IMG/VR virus record: IMGVR_UViG_2724679539_000004
Reading direction: 5' to 3' (one strand)
From: a virus
Taxonomy: Duplodnaviria > Heunggongvirae > Uroviricota > Caudoviricetes
Length of the DNA: 37,547 nucleotides
The notes under the pieces were generated by a model. It was not told where the DNA came from. It did no database searches and saw only the letters and a list, made by a program, of their open reading frames with translations. The position numbers and the translations under genes were made by a program. Shown piece after piece: positions 28,143 to 36,539 of this stretch (position 1 is its first letter; every line of letters begins with the position of its first letter).

Positions 28143-30986
28143 TCAATCTTTATCGTAAAAACTGCCACGTCCGGCACGGTCGCGTCGTTCCAATTCTGCC
28201 CTGACCATTTCACCGACCAGTTTCGCCAGTTCGCGGGGATTCTGCGTAACAACGTTATGCAGATGAACATGAATTTCACCGCCAAATCCGGAGGCAACAG
28301 GCTCCCGGTTACGGAAAGTTACAGGAACTGATGCCACTGGAGATCGTATGGCCTCCGCCACCGGGCGGGAGCTGGCCGCAACAACAGGGACCAGCGCCGG
28401 AGGCAGCGGAGCCGGGACCACGGGTGTGATATTAATTGCGGGGGCAGGCTTACTGACCTGCGCAATCTTCCGCTCCTGCCACTCCCCACGAACAGCAAGT
28501 GCGCGGGGCAGGTTCTTAAAGACAATATCGCCGGGGCCAATGCGTTTTTTCGTCTCATCAACCAGCTTACCTGTGTTATCAGCAATTTTGCTGAGTCTGC
28601 GTAGCGTCCCGGTATTGCTGTCTGTGAGCGGTTTGTTGTCTTTGGGTTTATCACCTCCGGTGCCATTGCCATTTTCCACAGGCTTCGGCGGATTGATTTT
28701 CGCCAGGTCACCCTGAAGCAAGGCAACCTTGTCCTGAAGAATGGCCGCACGCTGTGCGTCTTCGATTTTCTTGCGCGCCCTTTCCGCTTCATCCGGAAGG
28801 ACGCCAAGTTTTTCAAGTATCCACGCCAGCGTATCCAGTAGCATTTTTGCAGGTGTCAGAACAAGCTGTAACGCACCGCCAAGAACGTTACCGAATATCT
28901 CGCCAGCACTGGTACATTTATCCAGCGTTTCCTTGCTGGACTCCATCGGTGACAGCAGCGATTTAAACCAGTTAAACACCTGGCTGATCCCGCTTCCGAT
29001 TGCGTCAAAAACAGGACCAAACCGTTCAAAGGTTTCGCGCAACGGGGTCAGCCTTTCCATAATCCCGCTGAACACCCCGGCAAAAAATGCCCTGATGGGA
29101 TCCCAGTATTTCCAGATAAGAACGGCAGCTCCGGCAAGCGCAGCCACGATAAGACCAACCGGACTGAACAGCGCCCCGATAGCGCCTCCCAGTAAAGAAA
29201 CGGAACCCGTCACCATTCCCCATAGCGCAGGCAACACCCTGACGACATTCATTGACCGGGTAAGAATGTCAAAACCAAGACGCAGGGTGGCCAGCTTCCC
29301 GTAAAGCACCCCAATAACCAGCGACAACGAGCCAATCGTTGCAGTCATTGCCAGCAACGCACCGCCTGCTATCAGTAGCTGGCGCGTCAGTACCGGATGG
29401 GCCTGCGCCAGCGAGGTGATTTTTTCAAGCACCCGCGTGAGCCACTGCGTGACAGAACGCAGCGGACCGTCAACCAGATCACTGATGCGAATACGAAGAC
29501 CTTCCCATGCGCTGTCGAGATTTTTCAGGTCCCCATCAAGATTATCGGCCATTACTTTTGCAACGCGATCGGCCTCTCCCCTTGCCCCCTGCAATTCTCT
29601 GGTCAGTTTTTGCAGCTCTCCTGAACCAGCCGCCGCAACAAGCGTCTGCAAACCAACGAACGCCTCTTCTCCGGCGATGTCCTTGAAGAAGGAGACCTGG
29701 TCCACCTGTCCGTATTTTTGTGTCGCCTTATAGAGATCAAGCAGCACATCCTCCATCGGGCGCATTTTGCCTCTGGCGTCAGCAACTGACACCCCCAGCT
29801 CTTTCAGTGCATCAGCCGCAGCTTTTGGCGGTGATGCAAGGCGGGACAGACTTGCGCGCATGGCCGTACCAGCATCGCTTCCGCGAAGACCATTATTGGC
29901 AAGCATCCCTGCCATGGCCGCCGCTTCTTCAAGACTGATACCAAGTTTTGCGGCAACCGGACCGGTATACTTCATGGTTTCGCCCAGCGCGCGTAAATCA
30001 GTATTGGTCCGGGTGAATGCTGCTGTCAGCGTATCGCCAACCCGGTCCATTTGATCGGCTGTCAGGTTGAACTGTGTGAGGATATTGGAGCCTATATCAG
30101 CCGTCTCGCCGAGTTCGACGCCACCTGCCAGCGCCATATTAAGAACACCGGGCAATGCGGCCTGAATGGCCTGCGGAGTAAAACCAGCCATTGCCAGAAA
30201 GCTCTGCCCACTGGCGGCATCACTCGCAGTAAACTGTGTTTCAGAGCCAAGTTTTAACGCCTGCTCACGCAGCGCCTTAAACTGCGGGCTGTTTTTGTCG
30301 ATTCGCGTCAGTGCCTGAACGCGGGACATCTCTTTGCCGAACCCGATCGCAGGCTGCAAAAAACGCCCGGCAGCATAGCCGCCCGCCGCTGCCGCACCAA
30401 TTGCCAGCGCACCACCTGTTTTCAGTTTTCCCGCTGTTTCCTGCGCGCGCGAATACCGCTCACGCGCCCGCGTTACACGCGCAAGCGCCTGCCGTTCGCG
30501 TTCAAGCTGGTTGTTGTACTGTTCGGTGCGTCTGATGGCCTGCTGGATGGTGTTATCGCTACCTGTCAGGGAAATGCCGTGGCGTTTTAGCTCTCCGCCA
30601 AGTTCCCGCATTTTCTGAATTTCCCGTGTGCGCGATTCATTCAGGCGTTCAAGCCGGGTGCTTAACTGCTGCATCAGCTTTTGTTGTTTTTCGCTGAGCA
30701 CTGTACCCGTGCGTTGTAACTGATTAAGGGCGTTAAGCTGGCGTCGTGCTTTCACGATGCCCGCATCCGCTTTACTGACAGCGTCACGGGCGCGCTCAAA
30801 TGAACGCGCCTGACGCTCGAGATTTTTGATCGCCCCCTGCGTTCGCTGGATGGAGTCACCAAACTGCCCCATCAGGCGGCGGGCGTTTTCGGCAGGCCGG
30901 GTCAGCCTGTCAACGGCGCTGAAAGCGACCCGGATATCAAGAGTCTTCATTGTCTGCATTCCCGCTGCGAAGTGCCGCCCGCTCAC
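28143..30986 (-). CDS. T: Tail tape measure protein T
   Basis: 947 aa; coiled-coil and Gly/Ala-rich TM-like segments typical of tape measure. Confidence 0.85.
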   Translation of the reverse strand: MSGRHFAAGMQTMKTLDIRVAFSAVDRLTRPAENARRLMGQFGDSIQRTQGAIKNLERQARSFERARDAVSKADAGIVKARRQLNALNQLQRTGTVLSEKQQKLMQQLSTRLERLNESRTREIQKMRELGGELKRHGISLTGSDNTIQQAIRRTEQYNNQLERERQALARVTRARERYSRAQETAGKLKTGGALAIGAAAAGGYAAGRFLQPAIGFGKEMSRVQALTRIDKNSPQFKALREQALKLGSETQFTASDAASGQSFLAMAGFTPQAIQAALPGVLNMALAGGVELGETADIGSNILTQFNLTADQMDRVGDTLTAAFTRTNTDLRALGETMKYTGPVAAKLGISLEEAAAMAGMLANNGLRGSDAGTAMRASLSRLASPPKAAADALKELGVSVADARGKMRPMEDVLLDLYKATQKYGQVDQVSFFKDIAGEEAFVGLQTLVAAAGSGELQKLTRELQGARGEADRVAKVMADNLDGDLKNLDSAWEGLRIRISDLVDGPLRSVTQWLTRVLEKITSLAQAHPVLTRQLLIAGGALLAMTATIGSLSLVIGVLYGKLATLRLGFDILTRSMNVVRVLPALWGMVTGSVSLLGGAIGALFSPVGLIVAALAGAAVLIWKYWDPIRAFFAGVFSGIMERLTPLRETFERFGPVFDAIGSGISQVFNWFKSLLSPMESSKETLDKCTSAGEIFGNVLGGALQLVLTPAKMLLDTLAWILEKLGVLPDEAERARKKIEDAQRAAILQDKVALLQGDLAKINPPKPVENGNGTGGDKPKDNKPLTDSNTGTLRRLSKIADNTGKLVDETKKRIGPGDIVFKNLPRALAVRGEWQERKIAQVSKPAPAINITPVVPAPLPPALVPVVAASSRPVAEAIRSPVASVPVTFRNREPVASGFGGEIHVHLHNVVTQNPRELAKLVGEMVRAELERRDRAGRGSFYDKD

Positions 30987-31475
30987 GCCAGCTAACCACT
31001 TCGCCGGGCGTCATCATGAAGATTTCGGCGGGCGACCAGTTAAAAATGGCGGCGATATCTGCCACCAGATCTTCGATGTGCTCAAAGCACACCAGGGTGA
31101 TTACGCTGCCGTCTCCTGCACGCTCTTCGCGCCAGAGTCTGGCTCGCTCATAAAATTTACAGCCACAGCGCACAACTGAATAAAATCGCGTGAAGACATT
31201 TTTTTAATCATCACTTCATCCAGTCGTGGCGAGGTCACGCGAGGCAACAGCGTGAACATGGTATCCGCTTTCAGATTCAGCACATCAGACAGCGACAGAC
31301 CACGCAGGGATCCAGCCTGTTCAATAGCCCCGGTGATCTCCACATACGTGATTTTTTCGCCACCACGCTCAATTGGTCGGGTCAGTTTTACGCCACGTTC
31401 GACAGCCATATCCTCACCTGCCGTCACATCATCCGCCGCGGTGTTATTCCGGGTTTCAGTATCGATGTCTTTCAT
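30937..31475 (-). CDS. E+E' programmed -1 frameshift product (GT-like)
   Basis: Slippery heptamer A_AAT_TTT (plus-strand 31152-31158) in E frame; -1 frame stays open to 30937, overlapping T start. Confidence 0.55.
31101..31475 (-). CDS. E: Tail assembly chaperone E (G-like)
   Basis: 124 aa; aaggag SD; precedes T; slippery site near 3' end. Confidence 0.7.
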   Translation of the reverse strand: MKDIDTETRNNTAADDVTAGEDMAVERGVKLTRPIERGGEKITYVEITGAIEQAGSLRGLSLSDVLNLKADTMFTLLPRVTSPRLDEVMIKKMSSRDFIQLCAVAVNFMSEPDSGAKSVQETAA

Positions 31476-31530
31476 CAGTTTTCTCCTTTTCAGTCAGAGG
31501 CGACGCACTGCGCCGCCTGCATATTACTTA

Positions 31531-32043
31531 TCAGCCAAGCCCGAGCGCGGAACGGATACGGTCAGGCACAATGTCCTTGCCGTCCTTCCGGTAAATGAAG
31601 TTCAGCAGGTCAATCTCCCACAACGGGCGATCGTTAACACTCAGCTTGTAGTAGGTGTTTTTAATGGCGTAAGTGTGTGATGTGGCTTCGCCCTGTTTGG
31701 CTTCCCCCATATCAATTTCCGTCACACGTCCGCGCATTTCGACTTCATACAGGTCGCTTTCTGCATCGGTGTAGTATTCACCCGCAAAACGCAGCAGCGT
31801 GCCGTCAATCGTGCCGCCATACTTAAGGAACAGCTCACGAACTGCGCCCCCCATGACAAAGCTCGCATCAAGCGCGGAGTCGTCCAGACCGAGATCAATA
31901 CTTACCGCACCCATCATGCCACCACCCCGGTAGCTGTCGGTTTTGCGCGTCAGCTTAGGTAGAGTGACGGACGTCACCTTACCCACTTCGTTTTCACCAT
32001 CCACAAACAGCGTAAAAAAGCGAAGATGTTTTGGTACAGCCAT
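31531..32043 (-). CDS. FII: Tail tube protein FII
   Basis: 170 aa; TLPKLTRK and EVEMRGR motifs resemble P2 FII as recalled. Confidence 0.85.
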   Translation of the reverse strand: MAVPKHLRFFTLFVDGENEVGKVTSVTLPKLTRKTDSYRGGGMMGAVSIDLGLDDSALDASFVMGGAVRELFLKYGGTIDGTLLRFAGEYYTDAESDLYEVEMRGRVTEIDMGEAKQGEATSHTYAIKNTYYKLSVNDRPLWEIDLLNFIYRKDGKDIVPDRIRSALGLG

Positions 32044-33227
32044 CAGGCACCTCCCAGCACCGCAAATGCGGGACCAAAGAATTCATCAGTAAACGACTGG
32101 TAAAGCTCCATGTCTTCCAGCGGGGGAACGGGCGTATATTTGTAGCGAATACGCACACGCCCCTGACGTAAATCCGTGGTGCTGTTATCCACCACGTCAT
32201 ACCAGCACTCCGCGCCAATCAGTTTCCCGGCAGTAACCAGTGAATCCAGTTTTGCCCTGATGGCACTGATAACATCCTTCACGTTCGCAGGCGTCAGTGG
32301 ACTGTCGATGGTTTCAAACTGCGCTTCCGCAATTGAATCAGCCAGCACCTGTGCGGTTCGGGTATACACCTCAAAGATGTAGGCGTTCGTTTCCGGTGTG
32401 CGGTTGCCCCAGAAGCGGAACCCGTTGCGACGAATAATGGTCGTGATTTCTTTGTTGTTGAGACTGTTGGCATCGCTGTCTTCGGCCTGCAACGACCAGA
32501 ACACATGCCTCGACATCCCCAGCACATTTTTAACCGGAACGTTGGACAGTGATTTGTGCCATCCCTGCTCATGGTCAATGTACGCACGAAGGCCGCACGC
32601 ATAGGCAGGCGCGGGGAACGTTTCGTTTTTGCCACTTTTCGGGTTGTAGGCGATGAAGTCCGGCCATAAGAGCATCACCTCACGTTCGTTGAATTTCTGG
32701 CGGTAGGTAATCGCCTCAGCCATCGTGTTACAGCCGTGACATGAGGCATACACAAACGCGCGCAGTTTACCCGCAATCACGCACAGGGATTTTGTTACAG
32801 CCTCCGTGTCCAGCTCCGGCGCGGCCAGAATACGCGGACGGTATCCGATGCTTTCATCCTGCTCTGCAACAAGCAGCGCATACATCCCCGTATAGCTGCC
32901 GTCAGATTCAGAACCACCGATAACCAGTTGATCCTGCGTTTTTCCGTCTTCTTCTTTGTGTTCAGCCACGCGAACGACGATCACCTTTGTGCTCACCTGG
33001 TCTGCGATGGCCTTAAGCGCACGATAAAGCGTCCCCGTTGTTCCGCATTTTCCCAGCACGTCATTGACGCGGGTCAGCAGTGTGGGCTTGTTCAGCGGGA
33101 ACAGCTCCGCATCCGCATCATCCGCCGTTGCCACGATACCGATAACACTGGAATCAACATCATTAATCGCTGTTACCAGGTCGGTACTTTCCGTAACACG
33201 GGCACCATGAAAACGAGTTTCACTCAT
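32043..33227 (-). CDS. FI: Contractile tail sheath protein FI
   Basis: 394 aa; FPLNKP, QEQGWHK, IRRNGFRFWGNRT, YTPVPPLE match P2 FI as recalled. Confidence 0.9.
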   Translation of the reverse strand: MSETRFHGARVTESTDLVTAINDVDSSVIGIVATADDADAELFPLNKPTLLTRVNDVLGKCGTTGTLYRALKAIADQVSTKVIVVRVAEHKEEDGKTQDQLVIGGSESDGSYTGMYALLVAEQDESIGYRPRILAAPELDTEAVTKSLCVIAGKLRAFVYASCHGCNTMAEAITYRQKFNEREVMLLWPDFIAYNPKSGKNETFPAPAYACGLRAYIDHEQGWHKSLSNVPVKNVLGMSRHVFWSLQAEDSDANSLNNKEITTIIRRNGFRFWGNRTPETNAYIFEVYTRTAQVLADSIAEAQFETIDSPLTPANVKDVISAIRAKLDSLVTAGKLIGAECWYDVVDNSTTDLRQGRVRIRYKYTPVPPLEDMELYQSFTDEFFGPAFAVLGGA

Positions 33228-33384
33228 AGCTTCAGCCCCTTGTATCCGTTAAATGATTCGGCAACAATCATCACCCACCACGCGCGTAATCTCACCCCTG
33301 CGCCATTCTCCCGCCACGGCGACAACAAAAAGCAGTAACCCCCTCCGCACGCACATGCGACCATGCCGCACAGGGAGGGAACAG

Positions 33385-34494
33385 ATGACCGACACCACCA
33401 TGCAATTGCTCAGTCAGGGCACAGACCCCGTGAAAATGCCGGATTTTGATATTCTCGCGGAGGGTAAAACGCTGTCAGGCGTGGCAGAGCGCCTGATGAG
33501 TCTGTCACTGACCGACAACCGGGGATTTGAAGCGGACCAGCTCACCATCACGCTGGATGATGCGGATGGTCAGTTGCAGCTACCGCCACGGGGCGCGCGC
33601 CTGACGGTTCTCATTGGCTGGAAAGGAGAACCGCTGACAGAAAAAGGCACTTACATTGTTGATGAAATCGCTCACGAAGGACCGCCGGACAGGCTGACTG
33701 TTTCAGCCAGAAGCGCAGATTTTCGGGATGAATTTAACGTTAAACGTGAGGTGTCCTGGCATGATGTGACCGTTGAGCGTGTGGTATCCGCCATCGCTCA
33801 TCGGTACGGTCTGAAACCGCAAATCAGCGAAATGCTGATGGATATCGAAATCGACCACGCCGACCAGACCGAAGAAAGCGACATGTCCTTTCTTACGCGC
33901 ATGGCGGAAATGCTGGGCGCAATCACCACGGTAAAAAGCGGTAATCTGTTATTCATCATGCCCGGCGGTGGCGTGAACGCACAGGGCCAGCCGTTGCCAT
34001 CGTTCGCCATCACACGCAGCAGCGGCGATCGCCATCAGTTCCGCATTGCGGACCGCGAAGCGTATACGGGGGTACGCGCCTACTGGCTTGATCTTAATTA
34101 CGGGAAAAAGAAAAAAGTCAGCGTGAAACGCCGCAAACCGCCAAAACCCAAAAAGGAGAAAAGCAGCAGCCGTGAAGGTGATTATATGGAAGGCGCGGAA
34201 GGCAATGTGTTTGTGTTACGCAAGACCTATCAGAACGAACAGGCAGCAAGACGCGCAGCGGCGGCAAAGTGGCAGCAACTACAACGCGGAGCCGCATCAT
34301 TCTCCATCACGCTGGCGCGTGGACGTGCAGAACTCTACCCCGAAATGCATGGTACGGTAACAGGATTTAAAAGCGAGATTGATAATCAGGACTGGATCAT
34401 TGCAAAAGCCGAGCACACCATTGATAACAGTGGCTTTACCACGCAGCTTGAGCTTGAGGCAAAAATCCCGGAATGGATAGCGGAAACAGAGTGA
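33385..34494 (+). CDS. D: Tail protein D (late control gene D family)
   Basis: 369 aa from ATG 33385 (SD gggaggga); position upstream of ogr. Confidence 0.8.
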   Translation: MTDTTMQLLSQGTDPVKMPDFDILAEGKTLSGVAERLMSLSLTDNRGFEADQLTITLDDADGQLQLPPRGARLTVLIGWKGEPLTEKGTYIVDEIAHEGPPDRLTVSARSADFRDEFNVKREVSWHDVTVERVVSAIAHRYGLKPQISEMLMDIEIDHADQTEESDMSFLTRMAEMLGAITTVKSGNLLFIMPGGGVNAQGQPLPSFAITRSSGDRHQFRIADREAYTGVRAYWLDLNYGKKKKVSVKRRKPPKPKKEKSSSREGDYMEGAEGNVFVLRKTYQNEQAARRAAAAKWQQLQRGAASFSITLARGRAELYPEMHGTVTGFKSEIDNQDWIIAKAEHTIDNSGFTTQLELEAKIPEWIAETE

Positions 34495-34536
34495 GGAACT
34501 TAGAATAGCGACAGCACCACGTTAAGGGAGGTCGCT

Positions 34537-34797
34537 ATGTTCCGTTGTCCGCTTTGTGGCGCATCTGCCCGTATCCGCACCAGTCGTCCGGAAAATGATT
34601 CAAACACCGTGCGGCAAAAGTATTACCAGTGTAACAACCTGGAATGCGGCGTATGCTTCTCAACACTGGAAGCTTTCCATAAATTCACATCGAAACACGC
34701 CTCCGGCGTTCACTCATCAGAAGGTATCCCGTGGCATGAGCTGCCAGCTTCACACAGGGGAAACAATCAGATGAGTTTGCCTTTATCTCAGAATTAA
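34537..34797 (+). CDS. ogr: Ogr/Delta-type zinc-finger late transcription activator
   Basis: MFRCPLCGASARIRTSR...YYQCNNLECGVCF is a C4 zinc finger like P2 Ogr; 86 aa (P2 Ogr 72 aa). Confidence 0.8.
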   Translation: MFRCPLCGASARIRTSRPENDSNTVRQKYYQCNNLECGVCFSTLEAFHKFTSKHASGVHSSEGIPWHELPASHRGNNQMSLPLSQN

Positions 34798-34987
34798 CAG
34801 GCAGAATTGCCGGAGTAACAAAAAAGCGATAGATTACGCGCGGGTGCCTTTCGGCTGATGGTCGGAGGGAATACCCGAAGGCCAGATGTGGAAAGGCCCC
34901 GGAAAACATCTCTGTTTAACCGAGGCCCTAACCGCATTACCTTAGCAAGTGATAGGTTAGCGCCTCCCTGAAAAAGGAGCAAGCGCT

Positions 34988-35128
34988 ATGTCGCAAAAAT
35001 CGCTTACGGCCATCACGTTCTGCGTGACGGCAATCCTCATCATCTGGATGCTGCACGGTTCGCTGTGCGAAATACGGATGAGCTTCTGGGGAGCGGAGTT
35101 TGCGGCGTTCTTACAGTGTAAGCAGTAA
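34988..35128 (+). CDS. hok: Hok/Gef-family type I toxin
   Basis: 46 aa; N-terminal TM helix then SLCEIR...EFAAF signature of Hok family; SD aaggag; not in ORF track (<60 aa). Confidence 0.65.
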   Translation: MSQKSLTAITFCVTAILIIWMLHGSLCEIRMSFWGAEFAAFLQCKQ

Positions 35129-35204
35129 GGAAACCGCGACGGGGGAGCAATCCCCCGTCAATCGGTTGCCAGGGTAAGGTCGATAAGGCACCCTATCTCA
35201 CAGA

Positions 35205-35239
35205 CATGAACAACAAACCCGCAGCGTAAAAACTGCGGG
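35205..35239 (+). terminator. Rho-independent terminator after hok locus
   Basis: CCCGCAG-loop-CTGCGGG followed by TTTTCTTTTT. Confidence 0.6.
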
Positions 35240-35296
35240 TTTTCTTTTTGGTGCCCTCACAAATGAGGGCACCATACATAAGCAATAGGCATAACA

Positions 35297-35334
35297 GATC
35301 GATGCAATAAATCCGATCGATAAAAACGATCGAT
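35297..35334. promoter_or_regulatory. Cluster of three CGATCGAT (GATC) motifs upstream of com
   Basis: GATC at 35297, 35316, 35329 within 38 bp; overlaps putative -35/-10 (TATCAT at 35339). Confidence 0.5.
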
Positions 35335-35378
35335 TTGTTATCATATCGGCAGCAGTAACCACACAAGAGGTGCCGCAA

Positions 35379-35576
35379 ATGACGCAAAATGTACGATGCA
35401 AAAATTGCAACAAACTACTTGCCCGCGCCTCATTTCACTACATTGAAATAAAATGTCCGCGCTGCAAAACACTTAACCAGATAACGAGAGCCATCGAGCA
35501 CCCCACACACATGAGGAGTTATGACCGTGGGGATCGCAATCCAGCACCAACCAGCACATACACCGGAACACACTAA
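35379..35576 (+). CDS. com: Com-like zinc-finger translational activator
   Basis: 65 aa; VRCKNCNKLL...HYIEIKCPRCKTLN matches phage Mu Com zinc finger as recalled; overlaps start of downstream methyltransferase. Confidence 0.7.
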   Translation: MTQNVRCKNCNKLLARASFHYIEIKCPRCKTLNQITRAIEHPTHMRSYDRGDRNPAPTSTYTGTH

Positions 35577-36312
35577 GGTTTATCAGACTGACAATGCCAC
35601 GCTCTGTCGTGGGAATGCGCTGGAAATATTGCCGCTGATTGAGCCAGAAAGCATTGATGCCTTAATCACTGACCCACCTTACAGTTCGGGTGCGACACAC
35701 AAGGCCGGACGCACCAACCAGGGCAGCCATGCAAAATATCTGAACGGCGAGAACCTTCACCGCTTTGATGGGTTCGCGGGTGAAAACATGGACGCCCGTT
35801 CGTGGGCTTACTGGACACAATTATGGATGGCACAGGCACACCGCGCAGTCAGGCCGGGCGGTTATGCCCTGGTATTTACTGACTGGCGACAACTACCAGC
35901 TTTAACCGATGCGTTTCAGGCCAGTGGCTTTACATGGCGCGGCATCATTGCGTGGAACAAAGGGAGGGGGTCACGAACACCACATACCGGGTATTTCCGG
36001 CATCAGTGCGAATACATCGTCTGGGGCAGCAAAGGCCATTTAGATAAATCGCCTTCGGGACCGTTCGACGGCTGCATGACGTTCCCGGTTATCCCGTCAA
36101 AGAAAATGCACCCAACCGGAAAACCAGAAGAACTAATGGCGGAACTGGTCAGGACTGTGAATAGTGGCGGAACAGTCCTTGATCCTTTTATGGGGTCAGG
36201 GACAACGGGTGTGGCTGCACTGAAAGCAGGACGCAAATTTATTGGTATAGAAACCAGTGATCATTATTTTGATGTAGCAACACAACGGCTCAAAACGGCG
36301 ATCGAACCATAA
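35521..36312 (+). CDS. DNA methyltransferase, beta-class (DPPY before FxGSGTT)
   Basis: 263 aa; motif IV DPPYSS upstream of motif I FMGSGTTGVAA; CcrM/HinfI-like order, N6-adenine or N4-cytosine. Confidence 0.8.
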   Translation: MTVGIAIQHQPAHTPEHTKVYQTDNATLCRGNALEILPLIEPESIDALITDPPYSSGATHKAGRTNQGSHAKYLNGENLHRFDGFAGENMDARSWAYWTQLWMAQAHRAVRPGGYALVFTDWRQLPALTDAFQASGFTWRGIIAWNKGRGSRTPHTGYFRHQCEYIVWGSKGHLDKSPSGPFDGCMTFPVIPSKKMHPTGKPEELMAELVRTVNSGGTVLDPFMGSGTTGVAALKAGRKFIGIETSDHYFDVATQRLKTAIEP

Positions 36313-36332
36313 GACAAAGCCCGCAATGTTGC
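36311..36332 (+). terminator. Hairpin terminator after methyltransferase
   Basis: AAGCCCGCAA-tg-TTGCGGGCTT. Confidence 0.45.
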
Positions 36333-36350
36333 GGGCTTACTCTACCTCTC

Positions 36351-36373
36351 GAAAATGTGGTCACTGCGTGGAC
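36351..36373. other. Candidate attR core (direct repeat of sequence at 11-33 inside int 3' end)
   Basis: gtggTcactgcgtggacaTA vs gtggAcactgcgtggacaCT; 13-bp identical core, 18/20 match. Confidence 0.3.
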
Positions 36374-36539
36374 ATACGCTGATACAAATCCTTTTATATC
36401 AATAAATTAAATCTTTGTTTTTTTCATCAACAAGGATTTTCACGTTTGTGTTACCTGTTTGAGAACGAGAGTTAACCGGGCAAGTGTGCCATAATCTCGC
36501 CGTCAGGCATACTTACGAAGATTTATGATTTAAGGATAA

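Larger units (their letters stand above)
1..36373. mobile_element. P2-like (Peduovirus-type) prophage; right boundary approximate, left boundary at or beyond window edge
   Basis: Near-complete P2 gene set in P2 order (int, C, cox, A, Q, P, O, N, M, L, X, lysis, R, S, V, W, J, I, H, tfa, FI, FII, E/E', T, U, D, ogr); host gene flk follows at 36540. Confidence 0.85.

Noticed and set aside
28319-29304. Several 120-190-aa ORFs on both strands inside the tape-measure gene
   Set aside because: Embedded in or antisense to the 947-aa T gene; compositionally biased shadow ORFs of a GC-rich repetitive coding region.
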